From an uncultured Gammaproteobacteria bacterium (GTDB lineage: Bacteria > Patescibacteriota > Microgenomatia > Levybacterales > GWA1-39-11), in the NCBI GenBank assembly GCA_964472415.1, contig CAYYLC010000001.1, positions 3,269 to 67,268 of the forward strand: a DNA stretch of 64,000 nt. The letters run 5' to 3'. Positions within the stretch are counted from its first letter, which is position 1, and each line of letters begins with the position of its first letter. A program made the translations under genes and the position numbers. This document shows, piece by piece, positions 1 to 9,865 of the stretch. The notes below the pieces were generated by a model. That model did not search any database and was not told the DNA's origin. It saw only the letters and a program-made list of their open reading frames with translations.

Positions 1-909
1 AACTTCAAGTCCGAGGCCGTGTCCGAGAGAGTGGGGAAAGGTGGGGAGGCCCATTTTCTTAATGTGATTTTCTGCGATGGTGTGGAGGTGTGACATTTTG
101 AAATCATCTCTGTGCCATTCTTTTAACTTCTGGAGTGCCAGATTTTGTGCCTCAAGGACTGTATTGTAAAGCGTGATTTCTCGCTCATTCGGCTTTCCGA
201 AGTATATGGTTCTACTCATATCGCTACAATATCCTTCATGTTTTGCCCCAAAATCAAAGAGTATAAATGAATTATTCTCAAGTTTTGTATTTCCAGGAAT
301 GTGGTGAGGAATGGCAGCATTTCCCCCAAAAGCAACAATCGCTGGGAATGCATTTTTTCCATATGAATTACAATAAAATTCTATTTTTGAAGCGATTTCT
401 CGCTCAGTGACACCGATTTTTATATCTCCGAGAATTTCCTTGTAACAGTTGTCTGTTATTTCGCACGCTCTTTTCGTTTTTTCTATCTCATCAGCAGTTT
501 TTATAGTACGAAAACTTTCTACAAAATCCTCTAACGCGAAGAGTTCAGGATCTTTGAGAGCACTTTTTAAATGTTCGAATTCTGCATAACGCAAATTATA
601 TTTTTCAAATCCGAAAGAGCGGATATTTTCTGTCTTACAGATATCTTGGATATGTGTAAAAAGCCCCTTTTTAGCAGTAATTTCTCGATATTCAAAATAT
701 TTTTTCCGATCAGAAATTGCAAGGAGAAACATCTTTGGCGCGAGAAGGTAGATGTTGCTATGCGTGAGGATTAGATAGTATTCACGTTCCTCGATAGAAG
801 AAGGAAAAACTCCTGATAAATAGGATATATTGTATGGTGAGGTGATAAAGAGTGCATCAATGTTAGTATTTTTGAGTTTTCTTTGGATAGTATTTACGCG
901 ATTTTGCAT
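1..909 (-). CDS. pepP: Xaa-Pro aminopeptidase (M24 family), runs off the left edge
   Basis: Not in the ORF track because it is truncated. The reverse strand reads from ATG at 909 (MQNRVN...) and ends in the HSLGHGLGLEV metal-binding motif at the window edge. Confidence 0.85.
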   Translation of the reverse strand, partial: MQNRVNTIQRKLKNTNIDALFITSPYNISYLSGVFPSSIEEREYYLILTHSNIYLLAPKMFLLAISDRKKYFEYREITAKKGLFTHIQDICKTENIRSFGFEKYNLRYAEFEHLKSALKDPELFALEDFVESFRTIKTADEIEKTKRACEITDNCYKEILGDIKIGVTEREIASKIEFYCNSYGKNAFPAIVAFGGNAAIPHHIPGNTKLENNSFILFDFGAKHEGYCSDMSRTIYFGKPNEREITLYNTVLEAQNLALQKLKEWHRDDFKMSHLHTIAENHIKKMGLPTFPHSLGHGLGLEV

Positions 910-929
910 ATTCGTCCTATTATATCAGC

Positions 930-958
930 TTGACAGTTTCCTTAGTTCATTTTACAAT
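930..958 (+). promoter_or_regulatory. sigma70-type promoter of guaBA, probably leaderless
   Basis: TTGACA(930-935)-17 nt-TACAAT(953-958), then 5 nt to ATG 964. Confidence 0.75.
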
Positions 959-963
959 ACACT

Positions 964-2115
964 ATGGATCCGAAAAATAAATTTCTTCAAGGTCTTACTT
1001 ACGACGATATACTCATTCTGCCTGGATACACAGACTTTTCGCGATCTGACATAGATCTTACGACTCAATTCACAAGAAATATTTCATTAAAAATTCCGTT
1101 TGTTTCTTCCCCTATGGATACAGTAACAAAGGCAGAGCTTGCGATTGCATTAGGACAACTAGGAGGAATTGGAATAATTCATAGAAATTTAGCTATTGAG
1201 GATCAGGCTGGAGAAGTTCAGAAAGTAAAGCGAGAAGGATATCTTGTTGGAGCTGCAATTGGAAGCAGTAGTGGTTTTGAGGATCGCATAAAAGCACTTT
1301 CTGAAGTGGGAGTTGATGTGGTAGTGATAGATTCTGCGCATGGGTATACGAAAGATATAATAAAAACAATTAAATTCCTTAAGGATAACTACCCACAGGT
1401 CGATGTGATTGCAGGAAGTATTGCAACAGGGGATGGTGCAAAAGCGCTGATTGAAGCAGGGGTAGATGGACTTAGAGTTGGTATGGGTCCTGGGGCAATT
1501 TGTACGACTCGAATAATTTCTGGGATGGGTGTACCACAGGTAACAGCACTTCAAGGTGTCATTACCGTTTCTCGAGAATACAATATTCCTGTTATTGCTG
1601 ATGGAGGAATAAAATATTCAGGAGATATGGTAAAAGCGCTTGCTCTCGGTGCATCAACCGTTATGATGGGGAGCTTTTTTGCACAAACTGAAGAATCACC
1701 TGGAGATGTATATGAGTTAACGCGAGAAGAAGTTCCTCAGAGATTTCAAAGTATTTTTGATAAAGATGCTCATAAAACGTTTAAATTTAAATCATATCGC
1801 GGAATGGGGTCTGAAGGTGCTATGAAGAGGGGTGCAGATGTAAAATCTGAAGATGAATTTCATGGGAAGGATTTTTATAAGGAACGGGTCTTGGTTGCAG
1901 AGGGTGTTGAGGGGTTAGTTCCAGTTCGCGGTACTGTTTCAGAATTATTAGATCAGGCGATTGGCGGGATAAAATCAGGAATGTTTTATGTTGGAGCGAA
2001 AACTATTTCGGAGCTTTCTTCTAAGGCGCAATTTATCCAGGTTACGCAAGCGTCTCTTACAGAAGGTCATCCACATGGGATAATAGTTAGTAATGCAGGT
2101 AAGAGTTATCAATAA
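964..2115 (+). CDS. guaB: IMP dehydrogenase lacking the CBS subdomain
   Basis: SSPMDTV, catalytic-Cys loop [28 protein letters not shown]; 383 aa. Confidence 0.92.
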   Translation: MDPKNKFLQGLTYDDILILPGYTDFSRSDIDLTTQFTRNISLKIPFVSSPMDTVTKAELAIALGQLGGIGIIHRNLAIEDQAGEVQKVKREGYLVGAAIGSSSGFEDRIKALSEVGVDVVVIDSAHGYTKDIIKTIKFLKDNYPQVDVIAGSIATGDGAKALIEAGVDGLRVGMGPGAICTTRIISGMGVPQVTALQGVITVSREYNIPVIADGGIKYSGDMVKALALGASTVMMGSFFAQTEESPGDVYELTREEVPQRFQSIFDKDAHKTFKFKSYRGMGSEGAMKRGADVKSEDEFHGKDFYKERVLVAEGVEGLVPVRGTVSELLDQAIGGIKSGMFYVGAKTISELSSKAQFIQVTQASLTEGHPHGIIVSNAGKSYQ

Positions 2116-2117
2116 GA

Positions 2118-3650
2118 ATGGTAATCGTTATAGATTTTGGATCCCAAACTACTCACCTTATTGCCCGTCGTATCAAAGAATATGGTGCAGTGTCAGAAAT
2201 TGTTACGCCGCAAAAAGCCATTTCTCAAATTATGCTCAAGGAACCGAGTGGAATAATTCTTTCTGGAGGTCCTTCATCTGTTTATGAAGAGGGTGCCCCG
2301 CAAATAGAGCAGGATATTTTTAGTCTCGGTATCCCGCTCCTAGGAGTATGTTATGGGATGCAGCTGATGAGTAAGATTTACGGTGGGAGAGTAGTTTCTG
2401 GAAAGAAAGAATATGGTCCTGCTACACTTGCGCTTAGGTCTGGTACAAAGGAACTCATTGTAGGAAGGGCACTTCCTGATAGTTTTACTGTATGGATGAG
2501 TCATGGAGATGAGGTAAAAAAACCATTTAAGGGTGCAAAGATTTTAGGATCTACTACAGATGTTCCATATGCATTTGTCGGAGATGTAAAAAACAAATTT
2601 TATGGTGTTCAGTTTCATCCAGAAGTAGAGCATACGCAGCATGGAGACACCATCCTTAAAAACTTCCTTTCTATCTGTGGTGAGAAAGTTTCACATGCAC
2701 CGCTTTCTATTTCACAGCTTGTTAAAAATATCCGGAAAAAAGTAGGAGACGAATATGTGATTGGTGCGCTTTCTGGTGGAGTGGATTCAACAGTTGCATC
2801 AGTACTCATGGCACAGGCAATTGGTGAGAAATTCATTCCGGTGTATGTAGATACTGGACTGATGCGATATGATACTGATGAGCATATTAAAAAGATTTTC
2901 TCACATTTGAAAATAAGCCCGGTTATTATAAAAGCAAAAACAGAAATGCTTAAAAACTTAAAAGGAATTACTGAGCCTGAGAAAAAGCGAAAGATTATTG
3001 GTGCATTTTTTATCGAAATGTTTGAGCGGGAAGTAAAAAAGCTTGCAAAAGAAGGAAAACACGTAAAATTTCTTATGCAGGGAACGATTTATAGTGATGT
3101 GATAGAAAGTCGGGGAACGAGACATTCGGCAACCATAAAGTCGCATCATAATGTAGGGGGTCTTCCAAAGCGAATGAATCTTCGGCTTATTGAGCCGGTG
3201 CGAGAATTTTACAAAGATGAAGTGCGAAAATTGGGTGGAATGCTCAATATTCCCCATGAGTTTGTGATGAAGCAGCCATTCCCAGGACCTGGGTATGGAG
3301 TGCGAATTCGCGGTGAGGTTACTCGTGAGAGACTTAATGCAGAGGTCCGAGCTGATAAAATTGTTATGGAAGAGCTTTCTAAAGCAAAGCTACTCGATAA
3401 TATTTTTATCTCGTTCCCGGTTATGACGGGTGCGATGTCTACTGCAGTAAAAGGAGATGGGCGGCATTTTGGAGAAGTGGTTGCATTAAGAATTGTTGAA
3501 AGCAGTGATGTCATGACTGCTGAATGGGCACGAGTTTCTTATGATATATTACAGAAAATTTCTTCAAGAATCGTAAATGAAATCGAGGAGGTTTCTCGGG
3601 TGGTATACGATATTTCTACAAAACCTCCCGCTACAATGGAGTGGGAGTAG
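2118..3650 (+). CDS. guaA: GMP synthase (glutamine-hydrolysing)
   Basis: DFGSQ, GVCYGMQ, QFHPEV, SGGVDS, C-terminal KPPATMEWE. Confidence 0.97.
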   Translation: MVIVIDFGSQTTHLIARRIKEYGAVSEIVTPQKAISQIMLKEPSGIILSGGPSSVYEEGAPQIEQDIFSLGIPLLGVCYGMQLMSKIYGGRVVSGKKEYGPATLALRSGTKELIVGRALPDSFTVWMSHGDEVKKPFKGAKILGSTTDVPYAFVGDVKNKFYGVQFHPEVEHTQHGDTILKNFLSICGEKVSHAPLSISQLVKNIRKKVGDEYVIGALSGGVDSTVASVLMAQAIGEKFIPVYVDTGLMRYDTDEHIKKIFSHLKISPVIIKAKTEMLKNLKGITEPEKKRKIIGAFFIEMFEREVKKLAKEGKHVKFLMQGTIYSDVIESRGTRHSATIKSHHNVGGLPKRMNLRLIEPVREFYKDEVRKLGGMLNIPHEFVMKQPFPGPGYGVRIRGEVTRERLNAEVRADKIVMEELSKAKLLDNIFISFPVMTGAMSTAVKGDGRHFGEVVALRIVESSDVMTAEWARVSYDILQKISSRIVNEIEEVSRVVYDISTKPPATMEWE

Positions 3651-3673
3651 AAATAAATGAGAGAGGTAGAGAG

Positions 3674-3841
3674 CTATCTACCTGCCACGCCAAGGACTGA
3701 AGTATCTGCAGATTGGTTCGAAAACATGGCAATCGTCACTACAAAACACATAATTGCAACGAAAACGAGAAAATAAAACCCTTTTCGAGTCTGGAATGCT
3801 GGATATTTCTGTGTTATTTTCTTTTTGCTCCTTTTTGCCAT
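3674..3841 (-). CDS. 55-aa small single-pass membrane protein (below ORF-track cutoff)
   Basis: MAKRSKKKITQKYPAFQTRKGFYFLVFVAIMCFVVTIAMFSNQSADTSVLGVAGR*: basic N-terminus plus one hydrophobic helix; TTGACA at 3871-3876 upstream on the minus strand. Confidence 0.7.
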   Translation of the reverse strand: MAKRSKKKITQKYPAFQTRKGFYFLVFVAIMCFVVTIAMFSNQSADTSVLGVAGR

Positions 3842-3907
3842 GTCCTATTAATGCGCTTTTTCGGTACTTTTGTCAAGTGCAGAAGCTTATTCTGAATCTA
3901 GAGGTGC

Positions 3908-4025
3908 TTGACATCCAGGATATATTATCCTATAATACGTAAGTTTTCTTGATAAAGCAGAGATTCGTCTCTGGGGAGTCAGGTTAGCACATTTCAAATC
4001 TGCAAGAAGCAGTGAGGAGAAAGTT
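3908..4025 (+). promoter_or_regulatory. Promoter plus structured leader (hairpin, boxA-like motif, SD)
   Basis: TTGACA(3908)-17-TATAAT(3931); hairpin 3948-3983 with CAGAGA-TTCG-TCTCTG core; GCACATTTCAAA 3987-3998; GAGGAG 4014-4019; TTG start 4026. Confidence 0.7.
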
Positions 4026-4562
4026 TTGTCGGACGAACTGAAGGTCATTTCTCTTGAGGAAGCACAGCGGCTTCTGGGCAATAACGTGGTCGTGGCCTTG
4101 GATCCCAAGGCTGATTGGGTCTTTAACCCGGGAACCGGCGCTTCTGAGCGCCTTGACGGAAAGTTCTTCAAGGTCATTGCATATGACCGTGGGAATTTTC
4201 ATCAGCTCGGCATTTACGAAGAGCCGCGCATCGAAGCAGGCTCTGAGCCGCGAGTCGTCGGGAACGTCAAAATCTCGCGTAATGCGAGAGGTTTCATCCG
4301 CAGCCGCATAAATCGCGGCCTCGATGGGGACGAATTCCGCGAAGCGACACTTTCGAGCCTCTCAAATCCAGAGGCGGTGGAATTCGATGAGCAAGCAGTC
4401 AGGTCGGCTCTCATTCAGACCAATCCTCAGAGGATTGGAGGTTATGTCCGCGTCTTCCTCGTTGAGGAAGAATTCGATGACTCTGAAGGAGTCACTGTGG
4501 ATGAGCTTCGGAGAACAACTGATGGTCGGACCCTGGCAGCTCTTGCTGCTCTGATTCTCTAG
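4026..4562 (+). CDS. Hypothetical protein, possibly a single NDP-hexose 2,3-dehydratase-like (Nudix-like fold) domain
   Basis: Visibly GC-richer than its neighbours, with its own promoter, SD and 3' hairpin; the pattern W-F...GKFF-V...Q..I...(S/T)xSN loosely resembles PF03559. Confidence 0.45.
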   Translation: MSDELKVISLEEAQRLLGNNVVVALDPKADWVFNPGTGASERLDGKFFKVIAYDRGNFHQLGIYEEPRIEAGSEPRVVGNVKISRNARGFIRSRINRGLDGDEFREATLSSLSNPEAVEFDEQAVRSALIQTNPQRIGGYVRVFLVEEEFDDSEGVTVDELRRTTDGRTLAALAALIL

Positions 4563-4579
4563 CGTTCAAGCAGATTTTT

Positions 4580-4618
4580 GGGTGCCTGGCGGTTTATTCC
4601 GCTTGGCACCCTTCATTT
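4580..4618 (+). terminator. GC-rich hairpin after ORF 4026-4562
   Basis: GGGTGCC-T-GGCGG...CCGCT-T-GGCACCC followed by TTCATTT. Confidence 0.65.
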
Positions 4619-4748
4619 TCTACTCTTTATTTTCCTCCCCTAATTTGATATACTTAGCCGAACCTTTAAACAGGTTCTTTTTTTCGTTAAAAATATCCTC
4701 GATTCTGATTAAATCAGAATACAGGAGAAATTTATAGATATATACGAT

Positions 4749-6866
4749 ATGGCTGAAACAGTTGTTACAAAAGATAGAAACGTTGCGCTCGATAAAATCC
4801 GAAATTTCGGAATTATCGCGCATATTGATGCGGGGAAAACTACTACTTCTGAGCGTATTCTTTATTATACTGGAAGAACATATAAAATTGGTGAAGTTCA
4901 TGAGGGGGCAGCTACTATGGACTGGATGGCTCAGGAACGAGAACGGGGAATCACTATTGTATCTGCTGCGACTACCACATTTTGGAAAGATTATCGTTTT
5001 AATTTAATTGATACTCCCGGACACGTAGACTTTACTGCTGAAGTTGAGCGCTCGCTCAGAGTTCTTGATGGAGCAATTACGGTTCTGGATGCTGAGGAAG
5101 GAGTTCAGTCACAGTCAGAAACCGTTTGGCGACAAGCCGATAAATATCATGTTCCTCGAATTTGTTTCGTAAATAAGATGGATAAGTTAGGAGCAGATTA
5201 TGAAAAAACAATTCAGTCTGTGATTGATAGACTTGGGGCAAATCCAATAACGATCGGACTTCCAATCGGTGCTGAAAATGACTTCAAGGGAATCTATCAT
5301 GTACTAGATGAAAAGGCATATATTTGGTCGGGAGAAGAATTAGGGGCAAATTTTGAGATAGTTGAAGGAATTCCGGAAGGCATGGAAGAAATGGTGAAAA
5401 AATATCGTGAACAGATGATAGAAAAAATTGCGGAGACTGATGACGCCCTTCTTGAGAAATATCTGAACAGTGAAGAAATTTCATATGACGAATTAAAAAA
5501 AGCTCTGAGAGCAGCAACTATTGCCTATAAAGTAGTGCCAGTGTTTGCAGGAACATCATTGAGAAATAAAGGTGTGCAGCCACTTCTGGATGCAGTTGTT
5601 GATTTCCTTCCTTCTCCAATGGATCTCGAAACTGTTGTCGGTACAAACCCCAAAACGAATGAAGAAGTAGTAAGAAAGTTGACTCCTGAGGAATCATTTA
5701 CCGGATTTGCATTTAAAGTTCAAGTTGATCCACATGTAGGAAAGATTACATATGTTCGAATTTATTCAGGAAAGCTTACTTCTGGAAGTTACGCATATAA
5801 TTCTACAAAAGATGTGCGTGAGCGAGTAGGGAGACTTTTGCTTATGCATGCAAATCAACGAGAAGAAATTAAAGAAGCGTATGCTGGAGAGATAGTTGCG
5901 GTGGTTGGATTTAAAGAAACGATTACGGGAGATACGCTTTGTGAAGAAGCAAGTCCGATTCTTCTTCAGAAAATTACTTTCCAAGATCCAGTTATTTCTC
6001 TTGCTATTGAACCAAAGACGAAGACAGATCAAGAAAAATTAGGTGCTGCTATGAAGCGTCTTATGGAGGAGGATCCTACATTTTCTGTAAAGATTAATCA
6101 TGAAACAGGGCAGACTATTATGTCTGGAGTTGGGGAGCTGCAGCTTGAAATTATGGTTGACCGCATGAAGCGAGAGATGCACGTTGAGGCAAATGTAGGC
6201 GCGCCGCAAGTAGCATACAAAGAGACAATTAAAAATCCTGCTAACGCTGAGGCAAAGTATATCAAACAGACCGGAGGTCGTGGTCAATATGGCCATTGTT
6301 TGATAAAAGTTGAACCACTTCCTCGAGGTGAGGGATTTGAATTCGTTAACGCTATTAAGGGAGGAGCAATCCCGCAGGAATTCATTCCATCTGTTGAAAA
6401 AGGAGTAAGAGAAGCGATGGAGCGAGGGGTGCTTTTGGGATATCCAGTAGTAGATTTGAAAGTAACGCTCTATGATGGGACGTATCATGATGTGGACTCT
6501 TCTGATGTTGCATTTAAGATTGCAGGATCTCAGGCATTCCAGCAGGGTGCGAAGAAGGCAGAATTAACACTTCTTGAACCTATTATGAAAGTTGAAGTTA
6601 CCACTCCTGAAGAATTTATGGGAGATGTTATTGGTGATCTTTCCTCAAAAAGAGCACAAATTCAGGGGACAGAGGAGCGAGGAAATTCACGAATTGTTCT
6701 TGCACTCGTGCCGCTTGCAGAGCTTTCTGGATACGCTACAACGCTTCGATCTCTTACTCAAGGGCGTGCAAATCCATATATGGAGCCTTCTCATTATGAT
6801 GAGGTGCCGAAAAATGTTCAAGAACAAATGGTCGCAAAAACAAACTTCACCGCTCGAGTTGAATAA
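4749..6866 (+). CDS. fusA: Elongation factor G
   Basis: [26 protein letters not shown]; 705 aa. Confidence 0.99.
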   Translation: MAETVVTKDRNVALDKIRNFGIIAHIDAGKTTTSERILYYTGRTYKIGEVHEGAATMDWMAQERERGITIVSAATTTFWKDYRFNLIDTPGHVDFTAEVERSLRVLDGAITVLDAEEGVQSQSETVWRQADKYHVPRICFVNKMDKLGADYEKTIQSVIDRLGANPITIGLPIGAENDFKGIYHVLDEKAYIWSGEELGANFEIVEGIPEGMEEMVKKYREQMIEKIAETDDALLEKYLNSEEISYDELKKALRAATIAYKVVPVFAGTSLRNKGVQPLLDAVVDFLPSPMDLETVVGTNPKTNEEVVRKLTPEESFTGFAFKVQVDPHVGKITYVRIYSGKLTSGSYAYNSTKDVRERVGRLLLMHANQREEIKEAYAGEIVAVVGFKETITGDTLCEEASPILLQKITFQDPVISLAIEPKTKTDQEKLGAAMKRLMEEDPTFSVKINHETGQTIMSGVGELQLEIMVDRMKREMHVEANVGAPQVAYKETIKNPANAEAKYIKQTGGRGQYGHCLIKVEPLPRGEGFEFVNAIKGGAIPQEFIPSVEKGVREAMERGVLLGYPVVDLKVTLYDGTYHDVDSSDVAFKIAGSQAFQQGAKKAELTLLEPIMKVEVTTPEEFMGDVIGDLSSKRAQIQGTEERGNSRIVLALVPLAELSGYATTLRSLTQGRANPYMEPSHYDEVPKNVQEQMVAKTNFTARVE

Positions 6867-6899
6867 GCATATTTGTAGTTTTTCGGTATAATAAGCCAT

Positions 6900-8081
6900 A
6901 TGGCACGGAAAAAAATTTCAGAATTTAGAGCAAAGTCACTTCTTTATCAATTCCTACAAAGAGACTATTCAGGAATATCTATTGATGGAGATGAAGATTT
7001 TGATGAGAGAATTTCGCATCTTGATTCTTCAAAAAGATATGTTTTAAAAGTAGATCAAGGGATAAAGCAGCGCAAGAAAAAAGGGCTAGTATTTTTTAAT
7101 GTTACCTCTGAAAATATAAGAGGAAAAATAGAAGAATTAACCAATAGGGGATTTTCACACTTCATTATTGAAGAGTTTTTAGAGCACGAAAATTTTTCAG
7201 AAAAATATTTTGCAGTTGAACGCATTCGTGAAGGGAAAAAGATTTTGTATTCTCTAGAAGGTGGAGTTGATATAGAAGATAATAAAGAAACTATTAAAAG
7301 TTTTGTTGTAGGCAAGGATGAGGATTTGCGTGCGATAGCAAGTGTGTTAGAGGTAAGCTTTGAAGTAATTCGTGACATCCTTTCTGCATTTGATGATTAT
7401 TATTTTTCATTTTTGGAAATAAATCCATTAGTTGTGCATAGTGGAGAATTTTACTTCCTAGATACTGCTGTAGAGGTGGATAGCGCAGCTGAATTTTTTG
7501 TATCGGGCGCATGGGGAAGTAGTGATTTTAGGGAAAATGGCAATCGAAAAAAAACTTTAGAGGAACAAGAAGTAGAGAGGTTGAAAGAGGGGAGTCCTGC
7601 ATCATTTAGTTATGAAATACTTAATCCAGATGGAGCGATATTTTTACTGCTTTCAGGTGGTGGTGCATCGCTCGTTACAGCAGATGAGATTTATCAAAAG
7701 GGAAAGGGGGAGAAGTTGGCGAATTATGGAGAGTACAGTGGAAATCCGAATCAGGAGGAGACATATATATACACAAAACAAATCCTTGCAACGTTGTTGA
7801 AATCCAAAGCCCCTAAAAAATCTGTTATTATTTCCGGTGGAGTTGCGAATTTTACCGATGTGAGAAATACATTTCGGGGAATTATAACAGCTATGTCAGA
7901 AGTATCTAGTAGATTGCGGGAAGACAATGTGAAAGTATTTGTGCGACGCGGCGGACCGTATCAGGAGGAGGGGCTTTCTATGATGCGAGATTTCCTAGAA
8001 AAAGAAGAGTTGTTGGGAGCAGCTTGCGGACCTGATATGGTGTTAACAGATATTGTAAAACCAGCAATTGATCATTTGTAA
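6900..8081 (+). CDS. aclB: ATP-citrate lyase beta (ATP-grasp/citrate-binding) subunit
   Basis: LEINPL, GGGAS, ANYGEYSGNP, GGVANFTDV, FVRRGGP motifs. Confidence 0.88.
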   Translation: MARKKISEFRAKSLLYQFLQRDYSGISIDGDEDFDERISHLDSSKRYVLKVDQGIKQRKKKGLVFFNVTSENIRGKIEELTNRGFSHFIIEEFLEHENFSEKYFAVERIREGKKILYSLEGGVDIEDNKETIKSFVVGKDEDLRAIASVLEVSFEVIRDILSAFDDYYFSFLEINPLVVHSGEFYFLDTAVEVDSAAEFFVSGAWGSSDFRENGNRKKTLEEQEVERLKEGSPASFSYEILNPDGAIFLLLSGGGASLVTADEIYQKGKGEKLANYGEYSGNPNQEETYIYTKQILATLLKSKAPKKSVIISGGVANFTDVRNTFRGIITAMSEVSSRLREDNVKVFVRRGGPYQEEGLSMMRDFLEKEELLGAACGPDMVLTDIVKPAIDHL

Positions 8082-8083
8082 CT

Positions 8084-9865
8084 ATGAATATTAATGCACT
8101 GAGAAGTACTTCAGTAAAAATAGTTGTTATTGGAAATCATCCAGCAATTATTCAGTCGATTCTCGACTATGACTATCTGTCTGGAAAAGATACTCCAAGT
8201 ATTCTTGCGGTGGTTTCAGGTGGGCGAAACTTTCAACGTTTTTTCTTTGGAAATAAGGAGATCTTAGTTCCGGTTTTTGATTCAATACAAAGCATCCCAA
8301 AAAATGTATGCAAGGAGATTACAATGTTTGTAAATGCAGGTTCTGGCAGACGAGTCCTAGTTTCTTCTGTTGAGGTAATTGATAGTTTTCCAAATCTGCA
8401 AATTGGGACAATATTTGCAGAGGGCGTCCCCGAAAAACATGTACTCGATTTGGGAGTATATGCAAAGCTAAAAAATATTGCCCTTATAGGTCCGGCAAGT
8501 GTCGGTATGGTTTTGCCAGGAGTATTTAAGCTGGGTGCAATTGGTGGGGTAAATAGTAAGCAAATTCAAACGTCTGGTATATTGCAGCGAGGTGGTGTGG
8601 CAGTGCTTTCAGCATCAGGGGGCATGGTGAATGAGGTAATAAATATCGTAGGAGCAAGTCATAATGCGCTTTCATTTGCATTATCTTTTGGAGGAGATAG
8701 ATTTCCATTACTTGAGCCGGTTGATGCCGTAAGATCTGCAGAATTAGATTCACAAACACAGGCAGTTGTTTATTATGGTGAGCTGGGTGGAGAAGACGAA
8801 TATAAAATTGCCGAACTCCTTAATCAGAATGAATTTAAAAAACAGATGATCTGCTATATTGCAGGCACTGTTTCTGATTTATTCGATACGCCTCCGCAGT
8901 TTGGTCATGCAAAGGCGATGGCAGAGAAAAATGAGGAATCAGCTCATGCAAAAAGACGTGTTCTTCGGGAAGCAGGTGCAATAGTTCCTGAGAGTTTTAC
9001 AGAATTTGTGCAGGAAATTCATAAATTGAAGAATTTTGGAACACGAGAGGTAAGTGATACAATAGAAATTGTGGAGGAAAGACATCATAGATTGATTGCT
9101 TCAAGTATTTCAAAAGACGAACAAGGGGAGATAAAAATTTTAGGCGAAGACTTAGTGCCTTTTGCAAAAGAGAATTCATTTTCGAAAATTGCCATATCAC
9201 TTTTTCTGGGGAAAAAGATTCAATCTTCTGATACTGAAGAATTAGTAGACTTTATTTTACGAATTTCTGTAGAGCATGGTCCCTATGTTTCAGGTGCTCT
9301 TAATACGATTATTACTGCTCGTGCAGGGAGAGATCTAGTTTCATCGCTTGCGAGCGGGCTTTTAACTATTGGTCCACGATTTGGTGGCGCTATAAATCAA
9401 GCAGCAGCCTCGTGGTTTGAGGGAGTAATGAATAAAAAAGATGCACATGATTTTGTAGAAGAATTTGCAGTACGTCGTGAATATATCCAAGGAATTGGGC
9501 ATAAAAAATACCGAATTGACATGCCGGATCCACGAGTTGTAGACTTAAAAAGATTTGCAGATAGGTTAGAGAAGAAGCGATTTATTACGTTTGCTCAGGC
9601 AGTAGAAAAGAAAACATCTGAGAAAAAAGGGAATTTGATTTTAAATGTTGATGGAACAATCGGGGCAATATTACTTGATTATCTTTCTGAAAAAGAAGGA
9701 TATACAGATGTTGATTTGAAAAGGCTTATTGATGCAGAGTTTTTTAATGCGCTATTTGTATTATCCAGAAGTGTTGGATTTATAGCACACTTCCTCGATC
9801 AAAAACGACTTGATGAAGGACTTCTCAGATTGACAGAAAATGATGTAGCCGATGCAAGTATATAA
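8084..9865 (+). CDS. aclA: ATP-citrate lyase alpha subunit (CoA-binding, ligase and citryl-CoA lyase domains)
   Basis: FAEGVPE, IGPASVG, QFGHA (phospho-His), HGPYVSGA, IGPRFGGA, GIGHK, LNVDG. Confidence 0.9.
   Translation: MNINALRSTSVKIVVIGNHPAIIQSILDYDYLSGKDTPSILAVVSGGRNFQRFFFGNKEILVPVFDSIQSIPKNVCKEITMFVNAGSGRRVLVSSVEVIDSFPNLQIGTIFAEGVPEKHVLDLGVYAKLKNIALIGPASVGMVLPGVFKLGAIGGVNSKQIQTSGILQRGGVAVLSASGGMVNEVINIVGASHNALSFALSFGGDRFPLLEPVDAVRSAELDSQTQAVVYYGELGGEDEYKIAELLNQNEFKKQMICYIAGTVSDLFDTPPQFGHAKAMAEKNEESAHAKRRVLREAGAIVPESFTEFVQEIHKLKNFGTREVSDTIEIVEERHHRLIASSISKDEQGEIKILGEDLVPFAKENSFSKIAISLFLGKKIQSSDTEELVDFILRISVEHGPYVSGALNTIITARAGRDLVSSLASGLLTIGPRFGGAINQAAASWFEGVMNKKDAHDFVEEFAVRREYIQGIGHKKYRIDMPDPRVVDLKRFADRLEKKRFITFAQAVEKKTSEKKGNLILNVDGTIGAILLDYLSEKEGYTDVDLKRLIDAEFFNALFVLSRSVGFIAHFLDQKRLDEGLLRLTENDVADASI

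Noticed and set aside
6900-9865. aclBA as evidence of reverse-TCA autotrophy
   Set aside because: No other rTCA genes are in the window and the gene content suggests a reduced heterotroph.
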